Source of the DNA: Polaribacter sp.
GTDB lineage: Bacteria; Pseudomonadota; Gammaproteobacteria; Pseudomonadales; Cellvibrionaceae
DNA length: 18,183 nucleotides
NCBI GenBank assembly: GCA_964226685.1
Contig: CAXQRU010000078.1
Coordinates: forward strand, 1 to 18,183
Direction of reading: 5' to 3'
Shown: piece by piece, positions 13,877 through 18,183 of the stretch
How the letters are laid out: each line of letters begins with the position of its first letter
Numbering within the stretch: the stretch's first letter is position 1
Made by a program: the position numbers and the translations under genes
The notes under the pieces: generated by a model
What the model saw: the letters and a program-made list of their open reading frames with translations, nothing else
What the model was told of the DNA's origin: nothing
Database searches by the model: none

Positions 13877-14686
13877 TCAAAAACCAGCCACGCCCATGCT
13901 ATGGCGCTTAATCTCAGTAATTCTCTCGACCAAAAAATTGCGCTTACGATAAGATTGGCATAAGCCCATTTTGCGATAAATATTTTTTTGATGGGTTTTG
14001 AGCGTATTAACGGATTTGTTCAACTCCTTGCTGACACTTTCACGATCCCCTGACTTCGAATAAGCAATCGCCACTTTGGCCTCTTCTGAGGTCAACGAGT
14101 ATCGATCAATCAAGGTCGCCCCGATCACTTGCTCCTCGATACAATGGGTAAATTTTGGGTTTTTCAAAATACCCCACCGAGCAGAGCGCTGAATATGAAT
14201 GGCCACTCGATTCAAAGTATCCATCGCTTCGTGAGTCACGCTATTTGGGTCAACCAATAGGCTTAAGGTGGTATAACAATTACCGTATTCAAAAAGGCGC
14301 AGCACAATGTAGTCCTCGACTTGAGCTTCTAACTCAACGCGACCACGAACCAAAGAGCGGCTGTACACCTTAAATTTGCTATTTTTATCAAAACTCAAGG
14401 TGCCAGAGTTTAACTGCAAGTTAACCTGAGCCCAGACATCCAGTTCGCCGAAATACTCGTTGTAACGCTGGACAAAATCGTGCTCCATATTGACCAAAAA
14501 AGAATGCTCAAAAAAGCCCTGATCCAGCAACACTTCACCGGTTTTCATGTTGCGATGCAAAATAGCCGCTTTGCCGCCAGAAAACAAAGAACACAAGTCT
14601 TGCAAGACGATATGCCAATGGCTAGGTTTATCGGCTGCCTGATAAATGCTATCAATAAGATGATTAATATTTTTTTCTGAAATCAT
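13877..14686 (-). CDS. LuxR/GerE-family transcriptional regulator with an uncharacterised ~190-aa N-terminal domain
   Basis: The C-terminus …LTSEEAKVAIAYSKSGDRESVSKELNKSVNTLKTHQKNIYRKMGL… fits the LuxR-type helix-turn-helix. The N-terminal domain is neither a receiver nor an obvious autoinducer-binding domain. The ORF opens with a GTG at 14695, but the first ATG is at 14686 (MISEKN…). Confidence 0.75.
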   Translation of the reverse strand: MISEKNINHLIDSIYQAADKPSHWHIVLQDLCSLFSGGKAAILHRNMKTGEVLLDQGFFEHSFLVNMEHDFVQRYNEYFGELDVWAQVNLQLNSGTLSFDKNSKFKVYSRSLVRGRVELEAQVEDYIVLRLFEYGNCYTTLSLLVDPNSVTHEAMDTLNRVAIHIQRSARWGILKNPKFTHCIEEQVIGATLIDRYSLTSEEAKVAIAYSKSGDRESVSKELNKSVNTLKTHQKNIYRKMGLCQSYRKRNFLVERITEIKRHSMGVAGF

Positions 14687-15155
14687 AATTACCACTGTTT
14701 TTCTTATTTCGGTTAAACAATCACCAGCACTACGAGTATCAATTCGTAGATAGATGCAGTTGGAAAAATTTAAGTGATAAAAAATGCCAAAATGTGAATA
14801 AAGTCACACTTTTTGTGATTTTTGCGGGGAACTACCAAGGAACAGCGGGACAATTGCCAAGCTTACCAACCTAATACCACAAAATAACTTAACACTCAGC
14901 TCTAGAATGATTGCCAAAGCAATGAAGGTTATCGTTATGAAAACTTATCTCTGCCAAAATAGAGAGGCTAAGCCAACGGTTTTCTTTTTAGGAAACAGCA
15001 ACCTATCAAGAACGATAATACTGCTCGAACAGCAGAACTTGTGAAAACTGAGTCAGCCGAAGCTAGGTGCCACTCGTGACTCGCAGGCACCAAATTGGCA
15101 CGCAATATACACGACAACTGTTAAGTGTTCAACATTTCAACTGTAATATTACGGT

Positions 15156-15183
15156 TTGCTTTGTCAGAAAAAGCCTCTATACT
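15156..15183 (+). promoter_or_regulatory. Candidate sigma70 promoter (TTGCTT, 16-nt spacer, TATACT) about 120 nt upstream of the 15304 gene
   Basis: Hexamer match only. It lies in a 590-bp AT-rich divergent intergenic region. Confidence 0.25.
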
Positions 15184-15303
15184 CGACAATGCTCAACCAT
15201 AGTTGGGCATTTTTCAAACTGAGTTTCACCTTGCCAAGCCACCTCGGTGGAGAAACTCGCATCTCTGATGCTGGCATAAACGATCATTTTGAAAGGATAT
15301 AAA

Positions 15304-15987
15304 ATGATTAACGCAATTAATCATCAACTGGCAGACTTTGAGCCGCCTGATGCAACATTACCCTTAACCCAAAAGCTATCACAAACGGTAGCCAATCTAA
15401 GCTCCACCCTCTTTAAGGCTGCGAAAGCCGCCATCAATACCTACAAACCTGAGAGGGCCAACATTAGCAACTTGCATCAATACGATGCTGACTCACTCAA
15501 CTCAGAACAAATCGAGATGATTGAGTACTTCCAAAATAGCTTTAGGGCCAATACGGTGGGTTACGGCTCAGATGGCGACACAGCATCCATGCCAGATGAC
15601 GACGATGCCAGCTCTATTGCTTCAGATGACTCATTTCATTCAGCAAGCAGCGATGAAATGACCTTTATGACCGCCAATAGTGAAGCATCATTTCAAACGG
15701 CAACATCGTCAGATTCTTTTAAAAGTGCGGTATCAAGTATCCCTTCGGAAGTCTCGTTTAATAGCGCAGACTCTACCGAAGCCTCAGTCGATTCAACGCC
15801 TGTTCAGGGTTGCTTAGCCTTTTTGAAGGAAAAACTGAGCGCCTTAGGATGTTCGCCGCTCAAAATGGCTGGGCTTGTGATTGGTGCTGGGCTCGCGATT
15901 GCAGGTGCAACATTGCTGGGCGGCCCGCCAGCGGGCATCGCTATGGCGGCAGGAATTTTACTGGGTTACCTCGCCACACAAAAGTGA
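15304..15987 (+). CDS. Hypothetical protein with tandem Ser-rich [D/E]xSFxSAxS-type repeats and a C-terminal glycine-zipper transmembrane anchor
   Basis: The ATG at 15304 has the ribosome-binding site AAAGGA 6 nt upstream; the ORF track's start at 15289 is a TTG. The repeats read DDSFHSASS / DEMTFMTANS / EASFQTATS / SDSFKSAVS / SEVSFNSADS. The C-terminus is GLVIGAGLAIAGATLLGGPPAGIAMAAGILLGYL. Confidence 0.65.
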   Translation: MINAINHQLADFEPPDATLPLTQKLSQTVANLSSTLFKAAKAAINTYKPERANISNLHQYDADSLNSEQIEMIEYFQNSFRANTVGYGSDGDTASMPDDDDASSIASDDSFHSASSDEMTFMTANSEASFQTATSSDSFKSAVSSIPSEVSFNSADSTEASVDSTPVQGCLAFLKEKLSALGCSPLKMAGLVIGAGLAIAGATLLGGPPAGIAMAAGILLGYLATQK

Positions 15988-16034
15988 CTTTCTTCAACCT
16001 GAGGGGCTTTGCCCCCTCTTCTTTCTTTAAATAA

Positions 16035-16053
16035 CCCCGTCATTGCAACGGGG
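16035..16053. terminator. Hairpin CCCCGT-cattgca-ACGGGG between convergent genes. On the minus strand it is followed by a U-rich tract, so it likely terminates the small-gene operon and may act bidirectionally.
   Basis: Direct reading. On the minus strand the hairpin is followed by TTATTTAAAGAAAG. Confidence 0.45.
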
Positions 16054-16068
16054 TCTGGGTCAAAATAC

Positions 16069-16377
16069 TTAAAGAAGGTCAGAAAAATCCTCTAAGCTGT
16101 CCCGAGTACCATCCGATACATCAGAAATATAGTAGTCATTGTTCACCACCGTAATTTCACTTGGAACGGGCGGTGAAGATTCCGCCTGATGTTGAGCCTC
16201 TGGCACTGATTGCTCAGCCACCACCGACCCCAAATCAACCACTCCGGCTAAACTATCGGCTAAAGCTTGAACGGATAAGGGTAAGCCCTGATTTCCATTC
16301 ACCGAATGTGCCGGTGTATTCGGCGGCGCCAGCACACCAGAAGCGTTTGACGATAAGGTGGATACAGTAAAATTCAT
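16069..16377 (-). CDS. Small hypothetical protein (102 aa) with an S/P/A-rich N-terminus, likely disordered, and an acidic C-terminus …DSLEDFSDLL
   Basis: The ribosome-binding site GGAGAG lies 5 nt upstream. It is the fourth gene of a co-directional operon. Confidence 0.5.
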   Translation of the reverse strand: MNFTVSTLSSNASGVLAPPNTPAHSVNGNQGLPLSVQALADSLAGVVDLGSVVAEQSVPEAQHQAESSPPVPSEITVVNNDYYISDVSDGTRDSLEDFSDLL

Positions 16378-16391
16378 AGTCTCTCTCCATA

Positions 16392-16418
16392 GAAAAAAGC
16401 CTCCGAGATGGAGGCTTA
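16392..16418 (-). terminator. Intra-operon intrinsic terminator or attenuator on the minus strand (AAGCCTCC-atctc-GGAGGCTT followed by TTTTTTCT)
   Basis: Direct reading of the reverse complement of 16392-16418. It sits between the 137-aa and 102-aa genes. Confidence 0.6.
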
Positions 16419-16428
16419 ACGTTAAAAA

Positions 16429-16842
16429 TTAGCTAGCAAGCAATCGATTTTTTTCATTAATCAATTCTGCAGTGCTATTTTGCACCAGCGCTTTTTGGAC
16501 ACCCAAAGTATGCAAAGCGTGGACCTTTTGGGCGATGGAGCCGGGCCTTTGATTGACCGACCCCATCGCTTGCACGATTGATAGGAACGCCGCATTGTTC
16601 CCCCTAATCTTTCGATCGAGGGTTAGCAGAGTAGATGCTTTATTCCCTGCAAAGTCCTTATGAGCACCACTCGAGGGTGGCATATTCGCGTCAAATACTC
16701 TCACCTGGACATTCTCCAGGTCAAAGCCTAGACTCTTGGCTACTTGGCCGACCGCCTCAGTGCTAGCACTGCTATCACTTTTATAGCCAGTCGAACTCCC
16801 TGTTGATGATGTGTCACCAACGACACCTGACTCAACTTTCAT
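16429..16842 (-). CDS. Small hypothetical protein (137 aa) with an S/T/G-rich N-terminus
   Basis: The ribosome-binding site AGGAAA lies 7 nt upstream. No family recognised. Confidence 0.5.
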   Translation of the reverse strand: MKVESGVVGDTSSTGSSTGYKSDSSASTEAVGQVAKSLGFDLENVQVRVFDANMPPSSGAHKDFAGNKASTLLTLDRKIRGNNAAFLSIVQAMGSVNQRPGSIAQKVHALHTLGVQKALVQNSTAELINEKNRLLAS

Positions 16843-16884
16843 TTTTTTGTTTCCTATAAGTTAAAAAACCATCCATCGGATGGG

Positions 16885-17121
16885 CTATACATAACCTCTC
16901 TCTTTAATCTTGTAGAGAAGGTATTGTATGAGGTTAATAGAGATCATATTTTTCAAGCTTAACTCCACATCACTAGAATATAGAGCTTCAACCTGTAGCC
17001 TTTCGGCCATATCGCCCAACAACTCCACGATACCCCCATCTATGATGGCTTTCGCTTTGTCGTTGCTAGAATTCTCCAGAAAAAATTGTTTCTTCAAAGT
17101 TGAAATAATATCTTCACTCAT
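16885..17121 (-). CDS. Small acidic hypothetical protein (78 aa), chaperone-like in size and charge
   Basis: The ribosome-binding site AAGGA lies 5 nt upstream. No family recognised. Confidence 0.45.
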   Translation of the reverse strand: MSEDIISTLKKQFFLENSSNDKAKAIIDGGIVELLGDMAERLQVEALYSSDVELSLKNMISINLIQYLLYKIKERGYV

Positions 17122-17193
17122 AACGAGTCCTTGTTTTGAAAGTGGTAAAAATAAACTGGGCCTACTTAAGCAAGCCCAGCTACTTAAAAACGC

Positions 17194-17583
17194 TTATTGA
17201 ATCTGCTCAAGACGGTGCTCGAGATTCATCAATTTTGTTTGCAGCTCTGATACCTGCCTCTGGTACATAGCGGGCATTCTGCCCCTCATCCCAGAAACAT
17301 TAGCCAGGTTCAGCCGCATTTGAGCTGTGCCTAACTTGCTTTTGACATCATCAATCTGTCCCTGAAGGGACTCAATGGAGTCTCCACTGGACTCGGAATC
17401 TGACCCCGAATCTCCCAGAGAAACCACCCTAACCATCATACCGGTCAGATCTGGACTCTGAGCCAAGTTTGTTGCAGCTGAAGCCATCGCTGACTGCCGA
17501 GGAGAGTCCACAGAACGAGTTAAACTCGCTGTGGTATGCGTTACATCGTCTGCTGCATTACGTCCGTTGATTCCTGCAACCAT
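17194..17583 (-). CDS. Small hypothetical protein (~129 aa from the ATG at 17583) with a Ser/Asp-rich stretch and a C-terminal coiled coil
   Basis: The ATG at 17583 is preceded by AAAGGAATAATC-ATG, a good Shine-Dalgarno sequence. The ORF track's longer form starts at a TTG (17718) that overlaps a strong hairpin, which argues for the shorter gene. Confidence 0.5.
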   Translation of the reverse strand: MVAGINGRNAADDVTHTTASLTRSVDSPRQSAMASAATNLAQSPDLTGMMVRVVSLGDSGSDSESSGDSIESLQGQIDDVKSKLGTAQMRLNLANVSGMRGRMPAMYQRQVSELQTKLMNLEHRLEQIQ

Positions 17584-17686
17584 GATTATTCCTTTATTGT
17601 TGAAAGTAAGTTGAAAACAACTGCTCCCCATTGGGGGGTTTTGCTGGTGATGACCAACAAAATGGGTAGGCCTACTGGCGGCCATT

Positions 17687-17716
17687 GGAAGGTATTTTTG
17701 AGAAAAAATACCCTCC
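17687..17716. other. Strong hairpin (GGAAGGTATTTTT-gag-AAAAAATACCCTCC; 12 of 13 positions paired) in the leader or promoter region of the minus-strand small-gene operon
   Basis: Direct reading. It could be a regulatory structure or a terminator for upstream transcription. Confidence 0.35.
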
Positions 17717-18183
17717 AATAACCGCAGGAACTATTTGGCAAATAAAGGGTAGAAGTGGAGTCTTAGAGAAGCGCTAATCAGTAGACTCGTTGAGCGCCTT
17801 GAATTGGGCGTGGCCATGTCAGCAAAATCAACCACCCAGAATGGCGCGGCATTTTACCGATTTGGCGCGTAAAAACAAGGTCATTCTCTCAAAGATTGGC
17901 ACAGATTACAACATTTATAATCATCAGATTGATTATTAACCCGAAATACGCTAGCATCGAAGCGTTAGCGCCCATCCGAGCCCAACGCGCCGACTTCAGG
18001 CTCCACTTCACCTCAATAACCTCGTTATTTCTTCACCGAGCTACTACACAGGCTGGGTTTTTAGACCTCACTATTGGTCAGTAATGAGTTCTAAAAGCCC
18101 ATCGGCTTTACTTTAAACTGTGCAAACGGTTTAGGGGCCTTCTTAGATAAGAAGGTTTTAGTTGTACTTAATTTTTAACATCA

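Noticed and set aside
13748-13883. Palindromes ATCTTTA-N6-TAAAGAT (13748-13767) and TTTTTGATCAAAAA (13870-13883) in the convergent region between the 688-aa and LuxR-family genes
   Set aside because: They sit at the 3' ends of both genes, and the second spans the LuxR-family stop codon, so an operator role is unlikely. They may contribute to termination, which a palindrome search and RNA-seq could test.
14937-15044. 35-codon ORF (MKTYLCQNREAKPTVFFLGNSNLSRTIILLEQQNL) in the 590-bp intergenic region
   Set aside because: There is no convincing Shine-Dalgarno sequence and the peptide has no recognisable features.
15096-15115. Possible sigma54 -24/-12 element (TGGCAC…)
   Set aside because: The downstream sequence (GCAATATACA) lacks the TTGC(A/T) -12 box at the correct spacing.
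17583-17718. N-terminal extension of the last minus-strand gene (ORF track start 17718)
   Set aside because: The extension starts at a TTG without a ribosome-binding site and overlaps a strong hairpin, while an internal ATG at 17583 has an excellent Shine-Dalgarno sequence. The shorter gene is preferred.
17896-18084. 62-aa plus-strand ORF near the contig end
   Set aside because: It has no ribosome-binding site, a hydrophobic low-complexity translation and no supporting context.
1-18183. CRISPR arrays, rRNA and tRNA genes
   Set aside because: There are no regularly spaced direct repeats and no tRNA-like cloverleaf or T-loop (GTTCGAATC) signatures. All long non-coding stretches were inspected by eye.

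Overview
This 18.2 kb window reads as one end of a bacterial assembly contig, probably gammaproteobacterial to judge from its dprA and its YjfJ- and YqiK-like proteins. Bases 1-20 are untrimmed Illumina adapter. The dense, co-directional genes at 94-9700 look like a single operon. It sits behind a near-consensus sigma70 promoter that overlaps three copies of the perfect palindrome TTACATGTAA. The first gene is a leaderless fusion of a ribbon-helix-helix-like DNA-binding domain with a YjfI-like DUF2170 domain, and is the likely autoregulator. Downstream come a PspA/IM30 protein (an ESCRT-III-like scaffold that resembles YjfJ), a YqiJ-like inner-membrane protein with an NfeD-like C-terminus, a YqiK-like flotillin with a long coiled coil, and an 1810-aa protein. 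That giant has a beta-rich N-terminus, a long helical middle, a C-terminal AAA+ ATPase core (GYGKTT and LYLDD motifs) and tandem C-terminal repeats. Fusing a PspA/YjfI module, an NfeD/flotillin module and a giant AAA+ ATPase into one operon is the most system-like novelty here, and a candidate membrane-remodelling or envelope-stress machine. A 271-bp element with perfect 26-bp terminal inverted repeats follows immediately. It is either MITE-like or a structured RNA. Next comes a start-less TerB-like mini-ORF, then a terminator with a 12-bp stem, then dprA on the reverse strand. Right of dprA is a gene set with no recognised families: a 688-aa Gly/Ala-zipper protein, a LuxR-type regulator, a protein built of Ser-rich repeats with a glycine-zipper anchor, and a reverse-strand operon of four small unknown proteins with an internal attenuator. 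No rRNA, tRNA or CRISPR array was seen.
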